This document shows positions 44,101-59,100 of a DNA stretch of 64,000 nucleotides, piece after piece (the first letter of the stretch is position 1; each line of letters opens with the position of its first letter). This DNA comes from Auanema rhodensis (lineage: Eukaryota > Animalia > Nematoda). The position numbers and the translations under genes were made by a program. The notes below the pieces were generated by a model. The model was given only the letters and a program-made list of their open reading frames with translations. It made no database searches and had not been told where the DNA came from. The stretch lies in contig OZ059900.1 in NCBI GenBank assembly GCA_964057225.1, positions 62,001 to 126,000 on the forward strand, read 5' to 3'.

Positions 44101-47100
44101 TAGATTCATTTTGATCAAAAAAGGTCGAAAATAGAAAGAATTTTTGAAATTTCCGAGTTTTGAGTCCAATTTGGCTGAATCGCTCATATATATGATCAAA
44201 AGCATAGTTTTATTGTCTATAACAACAAAAGTCATCAATTAAACGCTAGTGATGTTTTAATACTGAATTTCGCTCAAATAGCATTACTACACTAAGTATG
44301 GTCGTTTTTATGCCTTTAACACCATATACTCACCGATTTTTGGTACAAAATCTGTAATACTCGTAAATTTTGATCATATTCGTTAAGATTTGAGAATCAA
44401 ACATACAATACACAAAATCAGTCTATTTTCATGAGCTTGCACTGATATATATTCATTTTGATCAAAAAAGGTCGAAAATAGAAAGAATTTTTGAAATTTA
44501 CGAGTTTTGAGTCTAATTTGGCTAAATCGCTCATATATATGATCAGAAGCATAGTTTTATTGTCTATGACAACAAAAGTCATTAGTTAAACACTAATGAT
44601 GTTTAAATCACTAAATTTCGCTCAAATAGCATTACTACACTAAGTATGGTCGTTTTTATGCCTTTAACACCATATACTCACCGATTTTTGGTACAAAATC
44701 TGTAATACTTGTAAATTTTGATCATATTTGTTAAGATTTGAGAATCAAACACACAATACACAAAATCAGTCTATTTTTATGAGTTTGCACTGATATATAT
44801 TCATTTTGATCAAAAAAGGTCGAAAATAGAAAGAATTTTGGAAATTTCCGAGTTTTGAGTCCAATTTGGCTAAATCGCTCATATATATGATCAAAAGCAT
44901 AGTTTTATTGTCTATAACAACAAAAGTCATCAATTAAACGCTAGTGATGTTTAAATACTGAACTTCGCTCAAATAGCATTACTACACTAAGTATGGTCGT
45001 TTTTATGCCTTTAACACCATATACTCACCGATTTTTGGTACAAAATCTGTAATACTCGTAAATTTTGATCATATTCGTTAAGATTTGAGAATCAAACACA
45101 CAATACACAAAATCAGTCTATTTTTATGAGCTTGCACTGATATATATTCATTTTGATCAAAAAAGGTCGAAAATAGAAAGAATTTTTGAAATTTCCGAGT
45201 TTTGAGTCTAATTTGGCTAAATCGCTCATATATATGATCAGAAGCATAGTTTTGTTGTCTATGACAACAAAAGTCATCAATTAAACGCTAGTGATGTTTA
45301 AATACTGATTTTCGCTCAAATAGCATTACTACACTAAGTATGGTCGTTTTTATGCCTTTAACACCATATACTCACCGATTTTTGGTACAAAATCTGTAAT
45401 ACTCGTAAATTTTGATCATATTCGTTAAGATTTGAGAATCAAACACACAATAAACAGAATCAGTCTATTTTTATGAGCTTGCACTGATATATATTCATTT
45501 TGATCAAAAAAGGTCGAAAATAGAAAGAATTTTTGAAATTTCCGAGTTTTGAGTCTAATTTGGCTAAATCGCTCATATATATGATCAGAAGCATAGTTTT
45601 GTTGTCTATGACAACAAAAGTCATCAATTAAACGCTAGTGATGTTTAAATACTGATTTTCGCTCAAATAGCATTACTACACTAAGTATGGTCGTTTTTAT
45701 GCCTTTAACACCATATACTCACCGATTTTTGGTACAAAATCTGTAATACTCGTAAATTTTGATCATATTCGTTAAGATTTGAAAATCAAACACACAATAA
45801 ACAAAATCAGTCTATTTTTATGAGCTTGCACTGATATATATTCATTTTGATCAAAAAAGGTCGAAAATAGAAAGAATTTTTGAAATTTCCGAGTTTTGAG
45901 TCCAATTTGGCTAAATCGCTCATATATATGATCAAAAGCATGGTTTTATTGTCTATAACAACAAAAGTCATCAATTAAACGCTAGTGATGTTTAAATACT
46001 GAATTTCGCTCAAATAGCATTACTACACTAAGTATGGTCGTTTTTATGCCTTTAACACCATATACTCACCGATTTTTGGTACAAAATCTGTAATACTCGT
46101 AAATTTTGATCATATTCGTTAAGATTTGAGAATCAAACACACAATACACGAAATCAGTCTATTTTTATGAGCTTGCAGTGATATATATTCATTTTGATCA
46201 AAAAAGGTCGAAAATAGAAAGAATTTTTGAATTTTCCGAGTTTTGAGTCCAATTGGGCTAAATCGCTCATATATATGATCAAAAGCATAGTTTTATTGTC
46301 TATGACAACAAAAGTCATTAATTAAACACTAATGATGTTTAAATCACTAAATTTCGCTCAAATAGCATTACTACACTAAGTATGGTCGTTTTTATGCCTT
46401 TATCACCATATACTCACCGATTTTTGGTACAAAATTTGTAATACTCGTAAATTTTGATCATATTCGTTAAGATTTGAGAATCAAACACACAATACACAAA
46501 ATCAGTCTATTTTTATGAGCTTGCACTGATATATATTCATTTTGATCAAAAAAGGTCGAAAATAGAAAGAATTTTTGAAATTTCCGAGTTTTGAGTCTAA
46601 TTTGGCTAAATCGCTCATATATATGATCAAAAGCATAGTTTTATTGTCTATAGCAACAAAAGTCATCAATTAAACGCTAGTGATGTTTAAATACTGAATT
46701 TCGCTCAAATAGCATTACTACACTAAGTATGGTCGTTTTTATGCCTTTAACACCATATACTCACCGATTTTTGGTACAAAATCTGTAATACTCGTAAATT
46801 TTGATCATATTCGTTAAGATTCGAGAATCAAACATACAATACACAAAATCAATCTATTTTTATGAGCTTGCACTGATATATATTCATTTTGATCAAAAAA
46901 GGTCGAAAATAGAAAGAATTTTGGAAATGTCCGAGTTTTGAGTCCAATTTGGCTAAATCGCTCATATATATGATCAAAAGCATAGTTTTATTGTCTATAA
47001 CAACAAAAGTCATCAATTAAACGCTAGTGATGTTTAAATACTGAATTTCGCTCAAATAGCATTACTACACTAAGTATGGTCGTTTTTATGCCTTTAACAC

Positions 47101-50100
47101 CATATACTCACCGATTTTTGGTACAAAATCTGTAATACTCGTAAATTTTGATCATATTCGTTAAGATTTGAGAATAAAACACACAATACACAAAATCAGT
47201 CTATTTTTATGAGCTTGCACTGATATATATTCATTTTGATCAAAAAAGGTCGAAAATAGAAAGAATTTTTGAAATTTCCGAGTTTTGAGTCCAATTTGGC
47301 TAAATCGCTCATATATATGATCAAAAGCATAGTTTTATTGTCTATAACAACAAAAGTCATCAATTAAACGCTAGTGATGTTTTAATACTGAATTTCGCTC
47401 AAATAGCATTACTACACTAAGTATGGTCGTTTTTATGCCTTTAACACCATATACTCACCGATTTTTGGTACAAAATCTGTAATACTTGTAAATTTTGATC
47501 ATATTTGTTAAGATTTGAGAATCAAACACACAATACACAAAATCAGTCTATTTTTATGAGTTTGCACTGATATATATTCATTTTGATCAAAAAAGGTCGA
47601 AAATAGAAAGAATTTTGGAAATGTCCGAGTTTTGAGTCCAATTTGGCTAAATCGCTCATATATATGATCAAAAGCATAGTTTTATTGTCTATAACAACAA
47701 AAGTCATCAATTAAACGCTAGTGATGTTTAAATACTGAATTTCGCTCAAATAGCATAACTACACTAAGTATGGTCGTTTTTATGCCTTTAACACCATATA
47801 CTCACCGATTTTTGGTACAAAATCTGTAATACTCGTAAATTTTGATCATATTCGTTAAGATTTGAGAATCAAACATACAATACACGAAATCAGTCTATTT
47901 TTATGAGCTTGCACTGATATATATTCATTTTGATCAAAAAAGGTCGAAAATAGAAAGAATTTTTGAAATTTCCGAGTTTTGAGTCTAATTTGGCTAAATC
48001 GCTCATATATATGATCAGAAGCATAGTTTTGTTGTCTATGACAACAAAAGTCATCAATTAAACGCTAGTGATGTTTAAATACTGATTTTCGCTCAAATAG
48101 CATTACTACACTAAGTATGGTCGTTTTTATGCCTTTAACACCATATACTCACCGATTTTTGGTACAAAATCTGTAATACTCGTAAATTTTGATCATATTT
48201 GTTAAGATTTGAGAATCAAACACACAATACACAAAATCAGTCTATTTTTATGAGCTTGCACTGATATATATTCATTTTGATCAAAAAAGGTCGAAAATAG
48301 AAAGAATTTTTGAAATTTCCGAGTTTTGAGTCCAATTTGGCTAAATCGCTCATATATATGATCAAAAGCATAGTTTTATTGTCTAAAACAACAAAAGTCA
48401 TCAATTAAACGCTAGTGATGTTTAAATACTGAATTTCGCTCAAATAGCATTACTACACTAAGTATGGTCGTTTTTATGCCTTTAACACCATATACTCACC
48501 GATTTTTGGTACAAAATCTGTAATACTCGTAAATTTTGATCATATTTGTTAAGATTTGAGAATCAAACACACAATACACAAAATCAGTCTATTTTTATGA
48601 GCTTGCACTGATATATATTCATTTTGATCAAAAAAGGTCGAAAATAGAAAGAATTTTTGAAATTTCCGAGTTTTGAGTCCAATTTGGCTAAATCGCTCAT
48701 ATATATGATCAAAAGCATAGTTTTATTGTCTAAAACAACAAAAGTCATCAATTAAACGCTAGTGATGTTTAAATACTGAATTTCGCTCAAATAGCATTAC
48801 TACACTAAGTATGGTCGTTTTTATGCCTTTAACACCATATACTCACCGATTTTTGGTACAAAATCTGTAATACTCGTAAATTTTGATCATATTCGTTAAG
48901 ATTTGAGAATCAAACACACAATACACGAAATCAGTCTATTTTTATGAGCTTGCACTGATATATATTCATTTTGATCAAAAAAGGTCGAAAATAGAAAGAA
49001 TTTTTGAATTTTCCGAGTTTTGAGTCCAATTGGGCTAAATCGCTCATATATATGATCAAAAGCATAGTTTTATTGTCTATGACAACAAAAGTCATTAATT
49101 GAACACTAATGATGTTTAAATCACTAAATTTCGCTCAAATAGCATTACTACACTAAGTATGGTCGTTTTTATGCCTTTAACACCATATACTCACCGATTT
49201 TTGGTACAAAATCTGTAATACTCGTAAATTTTGATCATATTCGTTAAGATTTGAGAATCAAACACACAATACACAAAATCAGTCTATTTTTATGAGCTTG
49301 CACTGATATAGATTCATTTTGATCAAAAAAGGTCGAAAATAGAAAGAATTTTTGAAATTTCCGAGTTTTGAGTCCAATTTGGCTGAATCGCTCATATATA
49401 TGATCAAAAGCATAGTTTTATTGTCTATAACAACAAAAGTCATCAATTAAACGCTAGTGATGTTTAAATACTGAATTTCGCTCAAATAGCATTACTACAC
49501 TAAGTATGGTCGTTTTTATGCCTTTAACACCATATACTCACCGATTTTTGGTACAAAATCTGTAATACTCGTAAATTTTGATCATATTCGTTAAGATTTG
49601 AGAATAAAACACACAATACACAAAATCAGTCTATTTTTATGAGCTTGCACTGATATATATTCATTTTGATCAAAAAAGGTCGAAAATAGAAAGAATTTTT
49701 GAAATTTCCGAGTTTTGAGTCCAATTTGGCTAAATCGCTCATATATATGATCAAAAGCATAGTTTTATTGTCTATAACAACAAAAGTCATCAATTAAACG
49801 CTAGTGATGTTTTAATACTGAATTTCGCTCAAATAGCATTACTACACTAAGTATGGTCGTTTTTATGCCTTTAACACCATATACTCACCGATTTTTGGTA
49901 CAAAATCTGTAATACTCGTAAATTTTGATCATATTTGTTAAGATTTGAGAATCAAACACACAATACACAAAATCAGTCTATTTTTATGAGCTTGCACTGA
50001 TATATATTCATTTTGATCAAAAAAGGTCGAAAATAGAAAGAATTTTTGAAATTTCCGAGTTTTGAGTCCAATTTGGCTAAATCGCTCATATATATGATCA

Positions 50101-53100
50101 AAAGCATAGTTTTATTGTCTAAAACAACAAAAGTCATCAATTAAACGCTAGTGATGTTTAAATACTGAATTTCGCTCAAATAGCATTACTACACTAAGTA
50201 TGGTCGTTTTTATGCCTTTAACACCATATACTCACCGATTTTTGGTACAAAATCTGTAATACTCGTAAATTTTGATCATATTTGTTAAGATTTGAGAATC
50301 AAACACACAATACACAAAATCAGTCTATTTTTATGAGCTTGCACTGATATATATTCATTTTGATCAAAAAAGGTCGAAAATAGAAAGAATTTTTGAAATT
50401 TCCGAGTTTTGAGTCCAATTTGGCTAAATCGCTCATATATATGATCAAAAGCATAGTTTTATTGTCTAAAACAACAAAAGTCATCAATTAAACGCTAGTG
50501 ATGTTTAAATACTGAATTTCGCTCAAATAGCATTACTACACTAAGTATGGTCGTTTTTATGCCTTTAACACCATATACTCACCGATTTTTGGTACAAAAT
50601 CTGTAATACTCGTAAATTTTGATCATATTCGTTAAGATTTGAGAATCAAACACACAATACACGAAATCAGTCTATTTTTATGAGCTTGCACTGATATATA
50701 TTCATTTTGATCAAAAAAGGTCGAAAATAGAAAGAATTTTTGAATTTTCCGAGTTTTGAGTCCAATTGGGCTAAATCGCTCATATATATGATCAAAAGCA
50801 TAGTTTTATTGTCTATGACAACAAAAGTCATTAATTGAACACTAATGATGTTTAAATCACTAAATTTCGCTCAAATAGCATTACTACACTAAGTATGGTC
50901 GTTTTTATGCCTTTAACACCATATACTCACCGATTTTTGGTACAAAATCTGTAATACTCGTAAATTTTGATCATATTCGTTAAGATTTGAGAATCAAACA
51001 CACAATACACAAAATCAGTCTATTTTTATGAGCTTGCACTGATATAGATTCATTTTGATCAAAAAAGGTCGAAAATAGAAAGAATTTTTGAAATTTCCGA
51101 GTTTTGAGTCCAATTTGGCTGAATCGCTCATATATATGATCAAAAGCATAGTTTTATTGTCTATAACAACAAAAGTCATCAATTAAACGCTAGTGATGTT
51201 TTAATACTGAATTTCGCTCAAATAGCATTACTACATTAAGTATGGTCGTTTTTATGCCTTTAACACCATATACTCACCGATTTTTGGTACAAAATCTGTA
51301 ATACTCGTAAATTTTGATCATATTCGTTAAGATTTGAAAATCAAACACACAATAAACAAAATCAGTTTATTTTTATGAGTTTGCACTGATATATATTCAT
51401 TTTGATCAAAAAAGGTCGAAAATAGAAAGAATTTTTGAATTTTCCGAGTTTTAAGTCCAATTGGGCTAAATCGCTCATATATATGATCAAAAGCATAGTT
51501 TTATTGTCTATGACAACAAAAGTCATTAATTAAACACTAATGATGTTTAAATCACTAAATTTCGCTCAAATAGCATTACTACACTAAGTATGGTCGTTTT
51601 TATGCCTTTAACACCATATACTCACCGATTTTTTGTACAAAATCTGTAATACTCGTAAATTTTGATCATATTCGTTAAGATTTGAGAATCAAACACACAA
51701 TACACAAAATCAGTCTATTTTTATGAGCTTGCACTGATATATATTCATTTTGATCAAAAAAGGTCGAAAATAGAAAGAATTTTTGAAATTTCCGAGTTTT
51801 GAGTCTAATTTGGCTAAATCGCTCATATATATGATCAAAAGCATAGTTTTATTGTCTATAACAACAAAAGTCATCAATTAAACGCTAGTGATGTTTTAAT
51901 ACTAAATTTCGCTCAAATAGCATTACTACACTAAGTATGGTCGTTTTTATGCCTTTAACACCATATACTCACCGATTTTTGGTACAAAATCTGTAATACT
52001 TGTAAATTTTGATCATATTTGTTAAGATTTGAGAATCAAACACACAATACACAAAATCAGTCTATTTTTATGAGTTTGCACTGATATATATTCATTTTGA
52101 TCAAAAAAGGTCGAAAATAGAAAGAATTTTGGAAATGTCCGAGTTTTGAGTCCAATTTGGCTAAATCGCTCATATATATGATCAAAAGCATAGTTTTATT
52201 GTCTATAACAACAAAAGTCATCAATTAAACGCTAGTGATGTTTAAATACTGAATTTCGCTCAAATAGCATTACTACACTAAGTATGGTCGTTTTTATGCC
52301 TTTAACACCATATACTCACCGATTTTTGGTACAAAATCTGTAATACTTGTAAATTTTGATCATATTTGTTAAGATTTGAGAATCAAACACACAATACACA
52401 AAATCAGTCTATTTTTATGAGTTTGCACTGATATATATTCATTTTGATCAAAAAAGGTCGAAAATAGAAAGAATTTTGGAAATGTCCGAGTTTTGAGTCC
52501 AATTTGGCTAAATCGCTCATATATATGATCAAAAGCATAGTTTTATTGTCTATAACAACAAAAGTCATCAATTAAACGCTAGTGATGTTTAAATACTGAA
52601 TTTCGCTCAAATAGCATAACTACACTAAGTATGGTCGTTTTTATGCCTTTAACACCATATACTCACCGATTTTTGGTACAAAATCTGTAATACTCGTAAA
52701 TTTTGATCATATTCGTTAAGATTTGAGAATCAAACATACAATACACGAAATCAGTCTATTTTTATGAGCTTGCACTGATATATATTCATTTTGATCAAAA
52801 AAGGTCGAAAATAGAAAGAATTTTTGAAATTTCCGAGTTTTGAGTCTAATTTGGCTAAATCGCTCATATATATGATCAGAAGCATAGTTTTGTTGTCTAT
52901 GACAACAAAAGTCATCAATTAAACGCTAGTGATGTTTAAATACTGATTTTCGCTCAAATAGCATTACTACACTAAGTATGGTCGTTTTTACGCCTTTAAC
53001 ACCATATACTCACCGATTTTTGGTACAAAATCTGTAATACTCGTAAATTTTGATCATATTCGTTAAGATTTGAGAATCAAACACACAATACACAAAATCA

Positions 53101-56100
53101 GTCTATTTTCATGAGCTTGCACTGATATATATTCATTTTGATCAAAAAAGGTCGAAAATAGAAAGAATTTTTGAATTTTCCGAGTTTTGAGTCCAATTTG
53201 GCTAAATCGCTCATATATATGATCAAAAGCATGGTTTTATTGTCTATAACAACAAAAGTCATCAATTAAACGCTAGTGATGTTTAAATACTGAATTTCGC
53301 TCAAATAGCATTACTACACTAAGTATGGTCGTTTTTATGCCTTTAACACCATATACTCACCGATTTTTGGTACAAAATCTGTAATACTCGTAAATTTTGA
53401 TCATCTTCGTTAAGATTTGAAAATCAAACACACAATAAACAAAATCAGTTTATTTTTATGAGTTTGCACTGATATATATTCATTTTGATCAAAAAAGGTC
53501 GAAAATAGAAAGAATTTTTGAATTTTCCGAGTTTTGAGTCCAATTTGGCTAAATCGCTCATATATATGATCAAAAGCATGGTTTTATTGTCTATAACAAC
53601 AAAAGTCATCAATTAAACGCTAGTGATGTTTAAATACTGAATTTCGCTCAAATAGCATTACTACACTAAGTATGGTCGTTTTTATGCCTTTAACACCATA
53701 TACTCACCGATTTTTGGTACAAAATCTGTAATACTCGTAAATTTTGATCATCTTCGTTAAGATTTGAAAATCAAACACACAATAAACAAAATCAGTTTAT
53801 TTTTATGAGTTTGCACTGATATATATTCATTTTGATCAAAAAAGGTCGAAAATAGAAAGAATTTTTGAATTTTCCGAGTTTTGAGTCCAATTGGGCTAAA
53901 TCGCTCATATATATGATCAAAAGCATAGTTTTATTGTCTATGACAACAAAAGTCATTAATTAAACACTAATGATGTTTAAATCACTAAATTTCGCTCAAA
54001 TAGCATTACTACACTAAGTATGGTCGTTTTTATGCCTTTAACACCATATACTCACCGATTTTTGGTACAAAATCTGTAATACTCGTAAATTTTGATCATC
54101 TTCGTTAAGATTTGAAAATCAAACACACAATAAACAAAATCAGTTTATTTTTATGAGTTTGCACTGATATATATTCATTTTGATCAAAAAAGGTCGAAAA
54201 TAGAAAGAATTTTTGAATTTTCCGAGTTTTGAGTCCAATTGGGCTAAATCGCTCATATATATGATCAAAAGCATAGTTTTATTGTCTATGACAACAAAAG
54301 TCATTAATTAAACGCTAGTGATGTTTTAATACTGAATTTCGCTCAAATAGCATTACTACACTAAGTATGGTCGTTTTTATGCCTTTAACACCATATACTC
54401 ACCGATTTTTGGTACAAAATCTGTAATACTCGTAAATTTTGATCATATTCGTTAAGATTTGAAAATCAAACACACAATAAACAAAATCAGTTTATTTTTA
54501 TGAGCTTGCACTGATATAGATTCATTTTGATCAAAAAAGGTCGAAAATAGAAAGAATTTTTGAAATTTCCGAGTTTTGAGTCCAATTTGGCTGAATCGCT
54601 CATATATATGATCAAAAGCATAGTTTTATTGTCTATAACAACAAAAGTCATCAATTAAACGCTAGTGATGTTTTAATACTGAATTTCGCTCAAATAGCAT
54701 TACTACACTAAGTATGGTCGTTTTTATGCCTTTAACACCATATACTCACCGATTTTTGGTACAAAATCTGTAATACTCGTAAATTTTGATCATATTCGTT
54801 AAGATTTGAAAATCAAACACACAATAAACAAAATCAGTTTATTTTTATGAGTTTGCACTGATATATATTCATTTTGATCAAAAAAGGTCGAAAATAGAAA
54901 GAATTTTTGAATTTTCCGAGTTTTAAGTCCAATTGGGCTAAATCGCTCATATATATGATCAAAAGCATAGTTTTATTGTCTATGACAACAAAAGTCATTA
55001 ATTAAACACTAATGATGTTTAAATCACTAAATTTCGCTCAAATAGCATTACTACACTAAGTATGGTCGTTTTTATGCCTTTAACACCATATACTCACCGA
55101 TTTTTGGTACAAAATCTGTAATACTCGTAAATTTTGATCATATTCGTTAAGATTTGAGAATCAAACACACAATACACAAAATCAGTCTATTTTTATGAGC
55201 TTGCACTGATATATATTCATTTTGATCAAAAAAGGTCGAAAATAGAAAGAATTTTTGAAATTTCCGAGTTTTGAGTCTAATTTGGCTAAATCGCTCATAT
55301 ATATGATCAAAAGCATAGTTTTATTGTCTATAACAACAAAAGTCATCAATTAAACGCTAGTGATGTTTTAATACTGAATTTCGCTCAAATAGCATTACTA
55401 CACTAAGTATGGTCGTTTTTATGCCTTTAACACCATATACTCACCGATTTTTGGTACAAAATCTGTAATACTTGTAAATTTTGATCATATTTGTTAAGAT
55501 TTGAGAATCAAACACACAATACACAAAATCAGTCTATTTTTATGAGTTTGCACTGATATATATTCATTTTGATCAAAAAAGGTCGAAAATAGAAAGAATT
55601 TTGGAAATGTCCGAGTTTTGAGTCCAATTTGGCTAAATCGCTCATATATATGATCAAAAGCATAGTTTTATTGTCTATAACAACAAAAGTCATCAATTAA
55701 ACGCTAGTGATGTTTAAATACTGAATTTCGCTCAAATAGCATTACTACACTAAGTATGGTCGTTTTTATGCCTTTAACACCATATACTCACCGATTTTTG
55801 GTACAAAATCTGTAATACTTGTAAATTTTGATCATATTTGTTAAGATTTGAGAATCAAACACACAATACACAAAATCAGTCTATTTTTATGAGTTTGCAC
55901 TGATATATATTCATTTTGATCAAAAAAGGTCGAAAATAGAAAGAATTTTGGAAATGTCCGAGTTTTGAGTCCAATTTGGCTAAATCGCTCATATATATGA
56001 TCAAAAGCATAGTTTTATTGTCTATAACAACAAAAGTCATCAATTAAACGCTAGTGATGTTTAAATACTGAATTTCGCTCAAATAGCATAACTACACTAA

Positions 56101-59100
56101 GTATGGTCGTTTTTATGCCTTTAACACCATATACTCACCGATTTTTGGTACAAAATCTGTAATACTCGTAAATTTTGATCATATTCGTTAAGATTTGAGA
56201 ATCAAACATACAATACACGAAATCAGTCTATTTTTATGAGCTTGCACTGATATATATTCATTTTGATCAAAAAAGGTCGAAAATAGAAAGAATTTTTGAA
56301 ATTTCCGAGTTTTGAGTCTAATTTGGCTAAATCGCTCATATATATGATCAGAAGCATAGTTTTGTTGTCTATGACAACAAAAGTCATCAATTAAACGCTA
56401 GTGATGTTTAAATACTGATTTTCGCTCAAATAGCATTACTACACTAAGTATGGTCGTTTTTACGCCTTTAACACCATATACTCACCGATTTTTGGTACAA
56501 AATCTGTAATACTCGTAAATTTTGATCATATTCGTTAAGATTTGAGAATCAAACACACAATACACAAAATCAGTCTATTTTCATGAGCTTGCACTGATAT
56601 ATATTCATTTTGATCAAAAAAGGTCGAAAATAGAAAGAATTTTTGAAATTTCCGAGTTTTGAGTCCAATTTGGCTAAATCGCTCATATATATGATCAAAA
56701 GCATAGTTTTATTGTCTATAACAACAAAAGTCATCAATTAAACGCTAGTGATGTTTAAATACTGAATTTCGCTCAAATAGCATTACTACACTAAGTATGG
56801 TCGTTTTTATGCCTTTAACACCATATACTCACCGATTTTTGGTACAAAATCTGTAATACTCGTAAATTTTGATCATATTCGTTAAGATTTGAGAATCAAA
56901 CACACAATACACGAAATCAGTCTATTTTTATGAGCTTGCACTGATATATATTCATTTTGATCAAAAAAGGTCGAAAATAGAAAGAATTTTTGAATTTTCC
57001 GAGTTTTGAGTCCAATTGGGCTAAATCGCTCATATATATGATCAAAAGCATAGTTTTATTGTCTATGACAACAAAAGTCATTAATTAAACACTAATGATG
57101 TTTAAATCACTAAATTTCGCTCAAATAGCATTACTACACTAAGTATGGTCGTTTTTATGCCTTTAACACCATATACTCACCGATTTTTGGTACAAAATCT
57201 GTAATACTCGTAAATTTTGATCATATTCGTTAAGATTTGAAAATCAAACACACAATAAACAAAATCAGTTTATTTTTATGAGTTTGCACTGATATATATT
57301 CATTTTGATCAAAAAAGGTCGAAAATAGAAAGAATTTTTGAATTTTCCGAGTTTTGAGTCCAATTGGGCTAAATCGCTCATATATATGATCAAAAGCATA
57401 GTTTTATTGTCTATGACAACAAAAGTCATTAATTAAACACTAATGATGTTTAAATCACTAAATTTCGCTCAAATAGCATTACTACACTAAGTATGGTCGT
57501 TTTTATGCCTTTAACACAATATACTCACCGATTTTTGGTACAAAATCTGTAATACTCGTAAATTTTGATCATATTCGTTAAGATTTGAGAATCAAACACA
57601 CAATACACAAAATCAGTCTATTTTTATGAGCTTGCACTGATATATATTCATTTTGATCAAAAAAGGTCGAAAATAGAAAGAATTTTTGAAATTTCCGAGT
57701 TTTGAGTCCAATTTGGCTAAATCGCTCATATATATGATCAAAAGCATAGTTTTATTGTCTATAACAACAAAAGTCATCAATTAAACGCTAGTGATGTTTT
57801 AATACTGAATTTCGCTCAAATAGCATTACTACACTAAGTATGGTCGTTTTTATGCCTTTAACACCATATACTCACCGATTTTTGGTACAAAATCTGTAAT
57901 ACTTGTAAATTTTGATCATATTTGTTAAGATTTGAGAATCAAACACACAATACACAAAATCAGTCTATTTTTATGAGTTTGCACTGATATATATTCATTT
58001 TGATCAAAAAAGGTCGAAAATAGAAAGAATTTTGGAAATGTCCGAGTTTTGAGTCCAATTTGGCTAAATCGCTCATATATATGATCAAAAGCATAGTTTT
58101 ATTGTCTATAACAACAAAAGTCATCAATTAAACGCTAGTGATGTTTAAATACTGAATTTCGCTCAAATAGCATAACTACACTAAGTATGGTCGTTTTTAT
58201 GCCTTTAACACCATATACTCACCGATTTTTGGTACAAAATCTGTAATACTCGTAAATTTTGATCATATTCGTTAAGATTTGAGAATCAAACATACAATAC
58301 ACGAAATCAGTCTATTTTTATGAGCTTGCACTGATATATATTCATTTTGATCAAAAAAGGTCGAAAATAGAAAGAATTTTTGAAATTTCCGAGTTTTGAG
58401 TCTAATTTGGCTAAATCGCTCATATATATGATCAGAAGCATAGTTTTATTGTCTATGACAACAAAAGTCATTAATTAAACACTAATGATGTTTAAATTAC
58501 TAAATTTCGCTCAAATAGCATTACTACACTAAGTATGGTCGTTTTTATGCCTTTAACACCATATACTCACCGATTTTTGGTACAAAATCTGTAATACTCG
58601 TAAATTTTGATCATATTCGTTAAGATTTGAGAATCAAACACACAATACACAAAATCAGTCTATTTTTATGAGCTTGCACTGATATATATTCATTTTGATC
58701 AAAAAAGGTCGAAAATAGAAAGAATTTTTGAAATTTCCGAGTTTTGAGTCCAATTTGGCTGAATCGCTCATATATATGATCAAAAGCATAGTTTTATTGT
58801 CTATAACAACAAAAGTCATCAATTAAACGCTAGTGATGTTTTAATACTGAATTTCGCTCAAATAGCATTACTACACTAAGTATGGTCGTTTTTATGCCTT
58901 TAACACCATATACTCACCGATTTTTGGTACAAAATCTGTAATACTCGTAAATTTTGATCATATTCGTTAAGATTTGAAAATCAAACACACAATAAACAAA
59001 ATCAGTTTATTTTTATGAGCTTGCACTGATATAGATTCATTTTGATCAAAAAAGGTCGAAAATAGAAAGAATTTTTGAAATTTCCGAGTTTTGAGTCCAA